A DNA stretch of 64,000 nucleotides from Mustelus asterias (Eukaryota), in contig NW_027590175.1 of NCBI RefSeq assembly GCF_964213995.1, positions 682,001-746,000 of the forward strand, in the 5' to 3' direction. The position numbers and the translations under genes were made by a program. The first letter of the stretch is position 1. Each line of letters opens with the position of its first letter. Positions 13,286-25,100 of this stretch are shown here, piece by piece. Under the pieces are notes generated by a model, which saw only the letters and a list, made by a program, of their open reading frames with translations, had not been told where the DNA came from and made no database searches.

Positions 13286-14118
13286 AATGGGCTCGTGTCT
13301 CTATGTTGCATTCGTTTGTGACCCTCTCTCTGCTTACCATACTCTAACTAAACTCCCTGGTGTTTCATATTAAATAAGGCCCTGTCTCTGTTCATATTGC
13401 ACTAGGCATTTCCTCTTTCTATTTTCACATCGGCTCTGCCTCTGTTAGTATTGAATTGGACTATACCTACGTTTAAACACATTAAAACGTGTTTCAGTTT
13501 ACATTAAACAAGACGCTGTCTCTGTGTATATTACACCTTACCATGTCTCTGTTCATATTAAACAAGGTCCCTTCTACCTCTGTTTTTAGTAAACAATATG
13601 CTGACTTTGATTTAATTAAGACCTGTCTCTGTTCGTATTACGTTAGATGCGGTCTCAGTTCTGCGCTCGACCATTTATCTGTTTATATTAAATTGGACCT
13701 GACCTCAGTTAGTACTGCCCGAGACCATGCGCAATGACGTGGAACGCGACATGGGGTGGAAAAAATGAAGGTAAGGCAGCAAAACGGAGGGAACATAAGA
13801 ATATCAAATTCTCGAGAGCAATGATCAGCGCTGTCTAATTAAACGCCATAACGTTTCTTGCAAACATTCTAGATTTGCCAACTTGCAACCCAAAACACTC
13901 TGGCGTTCTTGCAGCTGTTCAAATTGTACAATCAAAATGCTATTGTCGGCGTCTAGTTAAATACAGCAAGGGAATAAAATAGTGTAACGTAAACAGAGGA
14001 CAATGACATCAGAAATTGAGATAGCTCCTGCTGTTGCAGCAACATTCTTTCCCTTCACGACGGACACATATTAGCTGCCTTTTGTAACATCGACAAGATG
14101 CACACAGCAACTCGCCGA

Positions 14119-15312
14119 GGTCACAGAAGACAGAGGGTGGTAGTGGAAGAGTCTTTTTCCGGCTGGAGGCCTGTGACTAGTGGTGTTCATGATGTGGAGA
14201 TGCCGGCGTTGGACTGGGGTAAACACAGTAAGAAGTTTAACAACACCAGGTTAAAGTCCAACAGGTTTATTTGGTAGTAAAAGCCACACAAGCTTTCGGA
14301 TTTTTTAGTGGTGTTTTTTAGTGATGTTCCGCAGGGCTCTGTATTGGGACCTCTGCTGTTTGTGATTTATATAAACGATCTGGAAGAAGGTGTAACTGGG
14401 TGATCAGTAAGTTTGCGGACGACACAAAATTGGCAGGACTTGCAGATAGTGAGGAGCATTGTCAGAGGCTACAGAAGGATATAGATAGGCTGGAAATTTG
14501 GGCAAAGAAATGGCAGATGGAGTTCAATCCTGATCAATGCGAAGTGATGCATTTTGGTAGAAATAATGTAGGGAGGAGCTATACGATAAATGGCAGAACC
14601 ATAAAGGTTGTAGATACGCAGAGGGACCTGGATGTGCAAGTCCACAGATACTTGAAGGTGACGTCACAGGTGGAGAAGGTGGTGAAGAAGGCATATGGCA
14701 TGCTTGCCTTTATAGGACGGGGCATAGAGTATAAAAGTTGGGGTCTGATGTTGCAGATGTATAGAACGTTGGTTCGGCCGCATTTGGAATACTGCGTCCA
14801 GTTCTGGTCACCACACTACCAGAAGGACGTGGAGGCTTTGGAGAGAGTAGAGAGGAGGTTTACCAGGATGTTGCCTGGTATGGAGGGGCTTAGTTATGAG
14901 GAGAGTTTGGGTAAACTGGGGTTGCTCTCCCTGGAAAGACGGAGGACGAGGGGAGACTTAATAGAGGTGTATAAAATTATGAAAGGCATAGATAGGGAGA
15001 ACGGTGGGAAGCTTTGCCCCAGGTCGGTGGTGACGTTCACGAGGGGTCATAGGTTCAAGGTGAAGGGGGGGAGGTTTCATACAGATATCAGAAGGACATA
15101 TTTTACACAGAGGGTGGTGGGGGCCTGGAATGCGCTGCCAGGCAAGGTGGTGGAGGCGGACACACTGGGAACGTTTAAGACTTATCTAGATAGCCATATG
15201 AACGGAGTGGGAATGGAGGGATACAAAAGAATGGTCTAGTTTGGACCAGGGAGCGGCACGGGCTTGGAGGGCCAAAGGGCCTGTTCCTGTGCTGTATTGT
15301 TCTTTGTTCTTT
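14119..15312 (+). mobile_element. 5'-truncated CR1 (same family as the 8.6-kb element)
   Basis: ORF 14400..15239 is the RT C-terminal part (FADD); its 5' part is near-identical to 10604-10763; (TTGTTCT)n tail. Confidence 0.9.
14188..14305 (-). mobile_element. Penelope-like terminal fragment inserted in CR1
   Basis: catgatgtggagatgccggcgttggactgggg...caacaccaggttaaagtccaacagg...agctttcgga, flanked by direct repeat TAGTGGTGTT. Confidence 0.65.
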
Positions 15313-15850
15313 GAGACTTCTTCCACAGCACCTTCCATATCCGTGACCTCGAGACTAACAAGGGCAAGCGAAATAGGGAAAGATACTTCTTTGCATCCTC
15401 CATCACAAACAGCCCTATGGAGTAGAACTGCAATTTTGCCCGGGCACCAAGATGCCACAATTGGCCAAATGCTATGTTGATGTCAAAGGCAGGCAGCCTC
15501 ACTTCACCTCTTTAATTTAAACATTTCCTTCATATTTGGATTAGAATTAAATGTTTTCTGGAACGGAGTGTTCCTGGTGGGACCGACGCCGAGCATCGTT
15601 GAGCGGATTATTGCTGAGTCAAAGCTACTTGATAGGATGATGCTTCAAACTTCCCATTACGTTGATCAAGCAAGGATTGATGGGGCGGTAATTGGCCAGG
15701 TTAGATGTGTCCTGCCTTTTGTGACAGGGCATGTCTGACAATTATACACATTGTTGACGAAATGCCAGTATTTTAGTTGCACTTGAGCAGAATGGTTGGG
15801 GCACATCTAATTTCAGAGCACAAATCTTTCTTGGACTGGATTTGTCAGGA
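15313..15850 (-). mobile_element. Decayed LINE fragment(s)
   Basis: Degenerate RT-region-like sequence (gggcggtaattggccaggttagat...). Confidence 0.5.
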
Positions 15851-16280
15851 CTGCAGAGGCAGCTCCTAGTCATAGCAATGCACTGGTGCAATATTAATTG
15901 AAACAGGATACAGTGCAATTTTAACCCCTAGAAACGAGATCTTTTCTACAATAAATACAGATGAATCCCAATATAACATAAACAGACACAGTTTGCAGTG
16001 CAGCATTAATTGAGGCAATATCTGTTTCATGCAATGTGAACCATCAATATTTCAATTTCATCTGCTGGCCAAACTCTGCAATTGCAACTACTGTAAAAAT
16101 GTCGCTGTCAGATATGATTTATGATATTACTGTATTAATAATCCACTTATGCAAATGTAATACCACATCGCTTTCTGCGGGAGGTGCCAAAATTTAAGGT
16201 GCGAATAATTTCAGGTATACATTGCTGAATAATGCAGGTTACGATCAGCACCACAGCAAAGTGCCTCAATTTCTGGTCAT

Positions 16281-16690
16281 AAAGAACAAAGAACAAAGAA
16301 CAATACAGCACAGGAACAGGCCCTTCGGCCCTCCAAGCCCGCGCCGCTCCCTGGTCCAAACTAGACCATTCTTTTGTATCCCTCCATTCCCACTCTGTTC
16401 ATGTGGCTATCTAGATAAGTCTTAAACGTTCCCAGTGTGTCCGCCTCCACCACCTTGCCAGGCGGCGCATTCCAGGCCCCCACCACCCTCTGTGTAAAGT
16501 ACGTCCTTCTGATATCCGTGTTAAACCTCCCCCCCCCCCCCCCCACGCCTCACCTTGAACCTATGACCCCTCGTGAACGTCACCACCGATCTGGGGCAAA
16601 GCTTCCCACCGCTCACCCTATCTATGCCTTTCATAATTTTAGACACCTCTATTAGGTCACCCCTCACCCTCCGTCTTTACAGTGAGAACA
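16281..16690 (-). mobile_element. 5'-truncated CR1 3' fragment
   Basis: Reverse complement of about 14930-15312; ORF 16361..16546. Confidence 0.9.
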
Positions 16691-19202
16691 ACATGTATTT
16701 TAGTTCAACTTGGTTCAAGGGAGTAATGTTGACCATGCGTTGTTTGGAGACAATGGAAACTTTAATTTCCAGCTCAGCAAACATGTTGCTTGGAGAACTT
16801 GTTGGTTCGTAATTCCACCTGAAAGATAGTTGGGGTCATTGCCTTTCTGTCAACAAGGAATCAAAGCTGTCCCAGAATTCAGTGGGAAGTGGAATTAAAC
16901 CACACCGAGGAAAGTGAGCAGCTACCCAGCAGCCTCTGTGCTTTATTGACAAGTAATCACCCCATCATCACACAGAAACTACTGACATACAACTGGAGTG
17001 TGTGATGATTTGTTTTGTGACAGACTAAATTAGACTATCTGAACCTAATGGGAAGTTGCAGAATCTTAAAACCCCGATTCATTGTTGCACTACTTTGGAA
17101 AGTAATTTAACACTTGTAGCTGTCCATTGAATTTCAGTATATTTCTGTTCCCACGTTGTTAAGTTTTGAGCCTGTTGCCTTCACTAAATTGGGTGATGGT
17201 ATTTTGAGGGATTTATTGTGCTTGAATAGACCACATGTACAAAATATTGCAATCCTTCATCCTCAACCAAATCCTGTTCCCTCTTTCTATCTTGGATATG
17301 AAGATTCATCATCACCAGAGAAAAGAACCATAAGTACCACAGCAAAACCTTCTCCTCTTACTGAGGTTCAGCTTGTTAGTTTCCGATAACTTAGTGTGAC
17401 GTCAGTTCTCCGTTAAGAGGTGTTTTTTTTTAAATCACGATCTCTGCAGCTCACAGGCTTAGGTGATGTCCTTGTGAGAGGAGCGAACCTGTTGGCAACA
17501 CAGGTGACAGGGATTCCATTTTAGTTTCAGTTTGTGAAATCGAGTGTTAAAAGCATCATGTTCTTCTCTCTCCCTGTTTGTTTATTTTGTATTTTGCACA
17601 TTCTGTAGTTCAGCTGAAAACAAGATACTGCTTTCCTGAAGTCTGCTGTTTTGGGGGTGGGCCAGTATATCTCAGATGTCTTGCAAATCCATCCTGTTTG
17701 CAAACTGCTCTGAGTCTCAGGAATATTTGGCTGCAGTCTCATAAGGAAAAGAAACGATCCCAGTATCAAGTGAACATTCGTCTGTGCTGTGTTAAATCTG
17801 TGAAAAGAGCTTTTGTTGTCTATTGGTTTTGATTTTAATTGGAACACAATAGAGATATTCATTAAGAGTTATACATTATAGTAGTTGCTTTGTTTCGTGT
17901 TTGTAATGGATAAAAGTCCTTGCTAATTTTATTGCCATACATGCTAACTATATTTGTAAATACATTTGTTCGATAGAAGCTCCATACTGGGTCATTTGGA
18001 TCATACCTGAAGTGAAACATCTCACGCTTATCCTGGCCAAATTCAAGACACAACACTTATAATTCAGGCGGGTTTCAGAAAACACTTTGAAGTTTCTAAC
18101 CTGAACCATGACACGAGGAATGGATTTCACCCAGAAGATCTCGAGAGATTCAAGGTATTAAACTCACATCACTGGAAAAAACTGAAAACTGCTTCATTCA
18201 TGTTGTAGTCAAGCACAAGTATGAAACTGCAGAACAACATATCTTTCATGACCATCTATTGGTGCTTCATTCAACCCATTCACTGATTCTTCAATCAAAA
18301 TGTACATACATCCAAGTACCATATATTCCTAAATTAACACAATCCCTTTTTTTGGAAAGGTACTGGCATAATAGTAATGTCAGCGTAAAAGTAATCCAGA
18401 GGCATCGCCAATGTCATGAGGGCACGGGTTTATATATCACCATGGCAGCTGGTGGTACTTCAATTCAATGAATAAATCTGGAATACATACTAATGGTGAC
18501 CAAGGTATCAGTTGTAATTCATCAGTGAAGGAAATCTGCCATCACTCGCAGGCCTCATCAAGATGCGGCTCCAGACAGATCGTAACGTGCTTGACTTTTC
18601 AATCTCTTCTGACATGGCCAAGCAAGCCAATCAATTCAAAGGAAATTAGGGACAGGCAGCAAATTCTGGTCTTGGCTGCAACTCCCACGTCCCAGGTAAG
18701 AACAAGCAGAAATAAAACATAAACATACATGTTTATGCATTACAAAATATATCCCCTGAGCTATCTCTCAGTGCATCTATATTTCTTTCTATCCATCCAT
18801 CGCAATGTCCATGATGTGTTCGATAGATCATCCTTGTTGATAATAAGGTGTTAGAGAAGCTGCATACTTGCCCTTTCCTGATAGATGAGAACAATAGGTT
18901 TTTAACTTTAAAAATTAAATTGTCTTCAGTACTGTTGCTGGGTAGATTAGTTTATAAATAGGTCTCATTGACAATGGTAATAGATTGAAGTTTGCTTGCA
19001 GCCACGCGATCAGTACAGAGGAAACAGATTTTTGAACTCCTGCACAAACACTACCAGATGTTTCCTAAAAATAACATCGGGCGTTTGACAGCAGGCTGGA
19101 TTGTTGCCAAATACTGTGTGGGACAGATTGCCATGAATGTGAGTGGGGAAAATGGGATTCAAACATTTAAGCAATACATTTTTCATTATCGCAGAAAGGC
19201 AC

Positions 19203-19420
19203 ATTTTAAATGTCTTCTAAACAAATATTTTCAATGAATATCCTGTTCATTCTGGGATTAACTAGTTCAGAAAATATTTTAAATGTCTTCTAAACAAATA
19301 TTTTCAATGAATATCCTGCTCATTCTGTGATTAACTAGTTCAGAAAATATTTTAAATGTCTTCTAAACAAATATTTTCAATGAATATCCTGTTCATTCTG
19401 TGATTAACTAGTTCAGAAAA
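19203..19420. repeat. 3 x 73-bp tandem repeat
   Basis: Units start at 19203, 19276 and 19349 and are nearly identical. Confidence 0.95.
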
Positions 19421-20016
19421 CAGCAGAGTGACTAGATGACATTTAATTTGTGTAACTTTCAATTAAATGTCATTCTAATGATTAATGTCTGTTTGTCAAC
19501 AACTTGATGAAATGCGAGAAAGAGATGTTAATGGTCACAATCCGTTAGTGTAATGAGATCGGTGTAATAGCAAAAAATGAAAAGAAATAAAATTATAAGA
19601 AAATCATAAAATTGCCTTGAACAGCGGGGATTCTTGGAATATTCAGAAAGTTCTGCTCCTCATGTAAACGGCACGTCACTTATACCTGATGAGCACCGTG
19701 TTCTGTTGTACAGTTTAATCTGATTTCGTTTGTTTAACAGTCGCTCTCACAGATGCCAACGAGTGCAGAAATGATTAGTTTCTAACTGATTCAGTGGTAG
19801 ATAAAACCATTCATTCTTGTGATATTGTGTAATGTGCTGCAAAGTCCTGATACCCTGTGTTCCCAAGAACAGTGAATGGTCGACAACCGGTGGCCAATAA
19901 AATGGGCTGCAATGATGTGTGTGCTGGAAGATACCTCTACTCGTAGCCCTGTCCGTTCTGATTCATTAACTTCTCTCTAAAGTCGATGCCGATTTTCTGT
20001 TTCTCCATTAGCTCAC

Positions 20017-20233
20017 TGCTTAATTATCAGACAAGCGGGTTTCTTTTGCAGCTAATCTTCAGAGGACTGCCTGAGGCTTACAGTTATTTTGAGGATAGTC
20101 AGGAGACATTGTGTAATGTTCTAATTATCAGTGCTTAATTATCAGACAAGCGGGTTTCTTTTGCAGCTAATCTTCAGAGGACTGCCTGAGGCTTACGGGT
20201 ATTTTGAGGATAGTCAGGAGACATTGTGTAATG
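20017..20233. repeat. 2 x ~102-bp direct repeat (period 115)
   Basis: 20017-20118 and 20132-20233 differ at about 2 positions. Confidence 0.95.
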
Positions 20234-20712
20234 CGAGGAGTTCGTTCTTATCTCCAAACCCAAATCGCACAGTGATAGCCATCCACACTGTAAATAGAAT
20301 CACTTTGTTCATCCCCACATTTAGTTTCAGAAATCGATAACAATTCCCACTGATAAATTATGCTTTATTATTGTCATGTGATGGAGACCTGGAATTACCC
20401 TCTGAAACTGTAATTTAATCATTTTCAATTTCGTCTTCTGCTGAGAGCCGTGGAAATAAAATAACTATATTTACAACGGAATTAGTCTATTTTATGAAGA
20501 GATGATGAACTGCAATATCATCATTTCACACAATGAATCCATTCAGCCCAACAAATATCCCGATGCAGATAAAATGTCAATTTTAATATCAAACTATTGT
20601 AAATCTCGGAGTCCATTCTGTTGGGGGTGTGGAAGGTGGGACCTGGATCCAGTCGCCGCCTGCAGCAGGGAATCAACAGGCGGCGCCTGGAATGCCGCCC
20701 CCTGCTGCCGGG

Positions 20713-20720
20713 TATTTAAA
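20713..20720 (+). promoter_or_regulatory. TATA-like box of the VH promoter
   Basis: TATTTAAA in a GC-rich context about 100 bp upstream of the leader ATG. No ATGCAAAT octamer was seen in the preceding ~300 bp, as expected for shark VH promoters. Confidence 0.6.
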
Positions 20721-20811
20721 TGCCGCTCACTGGGACCGGAATCCAACAGTCCGGGAGCTGGTTTGTTCACTGAGTTCCTGACATAACCATTTCCTCCATA
20801 TGACCAGAAGG

Positions 20812-20857
20812 ATGAGGTCGGCGATTTCTCTCAGTTTGTTGCTGGCTTTCTTATCCA
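20812..20857 (+). CDS. IGHV: IgM heavy chain leader exon (MRSAISLSLLLAFLS)
   Basis: ATG at 20812 (an in-frame upstream ATG lies at 20800), hydrophobic signal peptide, phase-1 donor GTGAGT at 20858 splicing in frame to the V exon. Confidence 0.93.
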
Positions 20858-20981
20858 GTGAGTAGTTTTTATTGTCCAAGACTCTCACTGTTAGCCACTG
20901 TTAACCAATCTCTGAAATGTTCCAGATTCAGCAATCATTTCGCCAGGATTAATCTTTGGGGATTTTGATATATTTTTACAG

Positions 20982-21283
20982 GAGTCCAGTCGCAGGTTGT
21001 GTTGACTCAGCCAGAGGTAGCGACCGGGCGTCCCGGAGGCTCCCTGAGACTGACCTGTAAAACCAGTGGGTTCAATCTTGACAGCGACTGGATGAACTGG
21101 ATCCGAAAGATTCCCGGACAGGGGTTGGACTGGCTCCTTGACTACACAAGTTCATCGAGCAACAATTACTCCCCAGGGATTCAGTATCGATTTACAGCGT
21201 CCAAAGACCTTTCAAGTAATACCTTCGCTTTGGACATGACTGGTCTGACGAACGAAGACACCGCCATCTATTACTGTACATAT
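20982..21283 (+). CDS. IGHV: Unrearranged immunoglobulin VH segment ([11 protein letters not shown]...LTCKTSGF...WIRK...[10 protein letters not shown])
   Basis: Acceptor ttttacag at 20981. Open frame with the conserved first Cys, WIR Trp and DTAIYYC motif (ORF 20999..21340). Confidence 0.96.
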
Positions 21284-21322
21284 CCCAGCGATAGGGACCA
21301 GGGCTGCCCCCGGACAAGAACA
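21284..21322 (+). other. VH 23-RSS with defective heptamer (CCCAGCG-23-ACAAGAACA)
   Basis: Heptamer position 21284-21290, exactly 23-nt spacer 21291-21313, nonamer 21314-21322. Confidence 0.85.
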
Positions 21323-21674
21323 GTTCGAGAAGGAATTTAACAACTTCCAACACAACCTGAAATTCAGTACCTCTTGTACATGTAATATTAACTGCAATGA
21401 TCTGAACCAGACAACTAGCTGATTCTTACCAAACTAACACAGCGAAAATGTAACGGTAAAACGTAACAGACAAACATAGAAAACGGGGTTGGACTGTGGC
21501 TGTGGTTATATTTACTATTGACACTTTCAACACTTCCAGACCTGCAAATAATGCTTATTTTAATATTTCTGACTTTGTGATCGATAAACTGCTGCCTAAC
21601 TGATAAATGAGATCAGAAATAACGTTCTATTTGAAGTGAATAGTGAGCGGCAGGACTGAACAGAGAGTGAGTGC

Positions 21675-21753
21675 AGTTTTTGTGCGGGTGTGTGTCACTG
21701 TGATATGTTGGGTCGAACTGGCAGGCACAGCTGTTACCGTCAATACAAAAACC
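21675..21753 (+). other. IGHD: Single DH segment (coding 21703-21725) flanked by 12-RSSs on both sides
   Basis: AGTTTTTGT-12-CACTGTG | ATATGTTGGGTCGAACTGGCAGG | CACAGCT-12-ACAAAAACC. Confidence 0.93.
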
Positions 21754-22070
21754 CCTCTCAGCACTTACTGATTGAGGCTGGATCAGTGTCACTTCTATAA
21801 TCCAACTATAATTTCAGTATAGTACTCTCGATGATCAGCATTGCCCGAATGGCAAGAATTAAAATGCAAACTCGATGATAATTGTTCGATTATCAGTTGT
21901 TGTTTTCAATAACATGTTCATGTGTTACTCTGTGAAATATAAATCATTAGGGTCATTTATGAAGAGCGAAAGGCATCCACAAATACAAATATAATTTTTT
22001 GAAGCTTCATTGATTTACTTGCCTTGTGCTTTGTGAATATTTAAAATAATGGTCTATTGTGTTTAGAGCA

Positions 22071-22109
22071 TGTTAATGTATGGTGCAGCCCAGAGAATGT
22101 AACACAGTG
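22071..22109 (+). other. JH 23-RSS (TGTTAATGT-23-CACAGTG), weak nonamer
   Basis: Heptamer 22103-22109 abuts the J coding end; 23-nt spacer; nonamer 22071-22079 deviates from GGTTTTTGT. Confidence 0.8.
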
Positions 22110-22156
22110 ACACTTCCCATCCTGGGGACAAGGGACCACGGTGACGGTGACTGCAG
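22110..22156 (+). CDS. IGHJ: JH segment (HFPSWGQGTTVTVTA)
   Basis: WGQG motif; phase-1 donor GTAAG at 22157. Confidence 0.95.
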
Positions 22157-25100
22157 GTAAGAACCGTGCACTTATTGAGCAACTGCTTCACTTGAGCCTT
22201 TGTTTTATTTTATTTCCTATTTTAGTAATTCATTAACTAATTGAAATGTGGGTTTGGTGGATTTTTTATTGAGATATTTTGCAATGGTCCATGTGATTTT
22301 GCTGAAAGGGTTGAAAAGTTCTGCTGCTTCTTGACAATAGGTGCTGCTAAGTTATTTAATCTCTGGTTGCTGTGATTTGGTGTTTATCTGTTGAGGGCAT
22401 TGTGTGGCTGGGTTACTGTAAATACCGAACTTCTGTTAAACAGTTATGCGTTTCTGCAATGTTTAAGCTCGGTGACATCAAATAGCTGCGAGTTGTACCA
22501 TCTACTGCACAAGTGTTTGAAATGTAACCCAATATTAACAAAATATGTTAAAATTGCTGTATTAATTTAGTGATCATGTTCCGTCTGCTCACAAATCTCG
22601 TGTTGTTGTGGCATATTTCTGTCCATTTAATTATTAATTGGGTTTGTCATTAACAGATTGGCTGGATTTTATATTGAGATTCTCTGTCAATTTTACATTT
22701 GGTTCTGTTGAAAGTATTTGTGGAATTGAGCTGCTTCTGCATGAAATGGGGTTCAGTCCCTCAGTGATGTGTTTTTTTGTGGTGAGGTGGTTGTGTGTCT
22801 GGGTGACTTTGAATAAGTAAAATGTGTGAAATTATTTGGTGTTTCTGTATTGCTTCTGCATTGTTTACACTCGGTGACACTGAGCAGTTACACTCTTTGT
22901 GATTGAATACAAACATTCAACACGTTTGAAACTGCTTGACGCATGATTGCAGGCAGAACTCAGGCAAGATTTATTGCAGTTTTAAAAAAAAATCTCAAAT
23001 GATAATTCCAGATTAAACTAAGGCACGGTTTACGCCGTTCGTTCAGAACATAGTTTGTCACTGAATTCACAATTTGTGATACCTGCAATGTTTAATTTCG
23101 GTGGCATCTGATGGCTGCAGCTTTTCCCATCGAAATGTTTAAATATGTTTGATGTCTCTTTGAAATATGATCCAATATGAATAAAATGTGATAAAGTTTC
23201 AATATTAATTTGTTGGACATATTCCACCTCTTCACAATATTATTGTTATCATTCCAGATTGCTGTTTAGTTTAATAATTTGGTGACGAGCTCTTCTGCTG
23301 GATTCCGTATTGAGATCTTCGTGCGATGTTACATTTATTTCTGTTGAATGGATAATTGAGCTGCTTCTCCATAAAACGGGGTTCATTCCCTCGGTGATGT
23401 GTTTTAGTATTTTTCTGCTGAGGAGATTGTGTATCTGGGTGACTTAAAATGTTTATAATTTGTGGAATGGTTTGGAGTTTCGGTATTGCTTCTGCATTGT
23501 TTAAACTGGTTGACACTGCGTGGTGCCACGTCTTCTGGTTCAATGCATTTGAAAATACTTTAGCACGATTGTCGGGGAAAAAACAGGCAGGTTTCGGAAA
23601 AAAATGAAATAAAGATACACTTTTATAAATGTAAATGATGATTGCAGATTAAAATACAGCATGGCTGAAAAAAAATCATTCAGAATATAATTCATTGCTA
23701 CAATCAATACTTAATTAACAAGTTTGAAGTTTGTAGAGTGAAATTAATATAATTGAAACAATTGCTTCGCGGTAATGTACTCCTTATTCACCAAAAATAT
23801 TTGATGTTGATATCATTAATCCCCTTTCACAACTATGCTGTGCATTGCACACAATTAACATAAACGAGAAAGGTTCTAGGCTGAAAACATTTTGTGATTA
23901 TTTCTGAAACTATTTCAATGAGTACAGGCTGATTCTACATCAACGTTTAGTTCAACAAGATATTTTGAAATAATCGTTTTGCGCTAATTAAGTTTACCGT
24001 CACTTAAATAGGAGTTTTACATTGCAGTTTGGTAATGTATGTATCCTGTTATTGCATTTCTTTTCGGTTGCAGGCGCAGCCAAATTATTGCTTTAAAGTA
24101 ATATGTAGATAGATAATTAATCACTACTCTAATCTTAAACAGTTTTCTGAGAGCTGAAGTTCGCTAGCATGAAGTAATTGTTCATTTGGTTGTTTTTGAA
24201 TTGTGGTAAGGTGTCGACAGGTGCTAGCCAGACAACGGCAAGTAAATGCTTGAAATTCACACTGATTAGTTTAATTACGGAAGTTTTATATTAGTTCTGC
24301 TCCTAGCAATAACATTCTGTCTTCCAATACTGCTGCAGACAGAATAAAATGATAGGAAGAACAAATGTCAGCACAGACGAATTTACTCAATCTGAAACTT
24401 CTGTTTAATTATTATTAAATATTAAACTGAAGAACAAAATCTCGACTTATTTTTCATCATGTCTCAGTCTTGCAGAGGATTTGAATAAATTGTCCTCATT
24501 GTGTTTTGTACTGTTTTATGTGTAACTTTTTCAATTAAACAATATGATCAACAATTTAATTACAGCAATGATCTGAATGATTAAATCAAGGAAGCAATTT
24601 TATTGATCACAAACAGCCATGCTTTACAGTATACTTGGGCCTTGAAGTATGCATTTTTAATCAATTTGTGGGTAAATAGAAGGCTTTTCGTAAAAGACAA
24701 AAATCAAATAATAAAATGTGAATAGATGAAGGTAAAATTATTAAAGATGTCTGAACGTTTCCATCCAGTAATTTGATGTTAATTGTTTAACACTGTTTAA
24801 GATTTCGTTGAAACCCAATTACTTAACAACGTTCTATGCAGAAGGGAGTTTTGAATTATTGAGAACTGTTTTTTATTATATAAAACAAATCAGCTGACAG
24901 GAGAAAGAACTGGCAATTAATAATAAGTTATATATAATATTCGTGCTAATTAATTCAACAAAAATGACCTCCAACAATCAAATTTAACGGTTTTAGAGAA
25001 TATTTAATTGTATGGAAAATGAATTCAGAAAACAATACATTACTCAGCTGTAATCTGCTCTATAAGGTGTTTTGCTTCGATTATTTTGTTGATTACAGTT

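Noticed and set aside
16690-18150. Scattered C1-domain-like peptides (TCVANRFAP on minus, GFHPEDL on plus)
   Set aside because: On opposite strands, short, and without consistent exon structure; compatible with chance.
19203-19420. Repeat array as CRISPR-like
   Set aside because: Head-to-tail units without unique spacers, in a vertebrate context.
20268-20310. CACAGTG upstream of the promoter as a cryptic RSS
   Set aside because: No nonamer at 12 or 23 spacing.
20999-21340. ORF running past YYC as a possible germline-joined VDJ
   Set aside because: The extension is read-through of the RSS, has no WGxG, and J lies separately at 22110.
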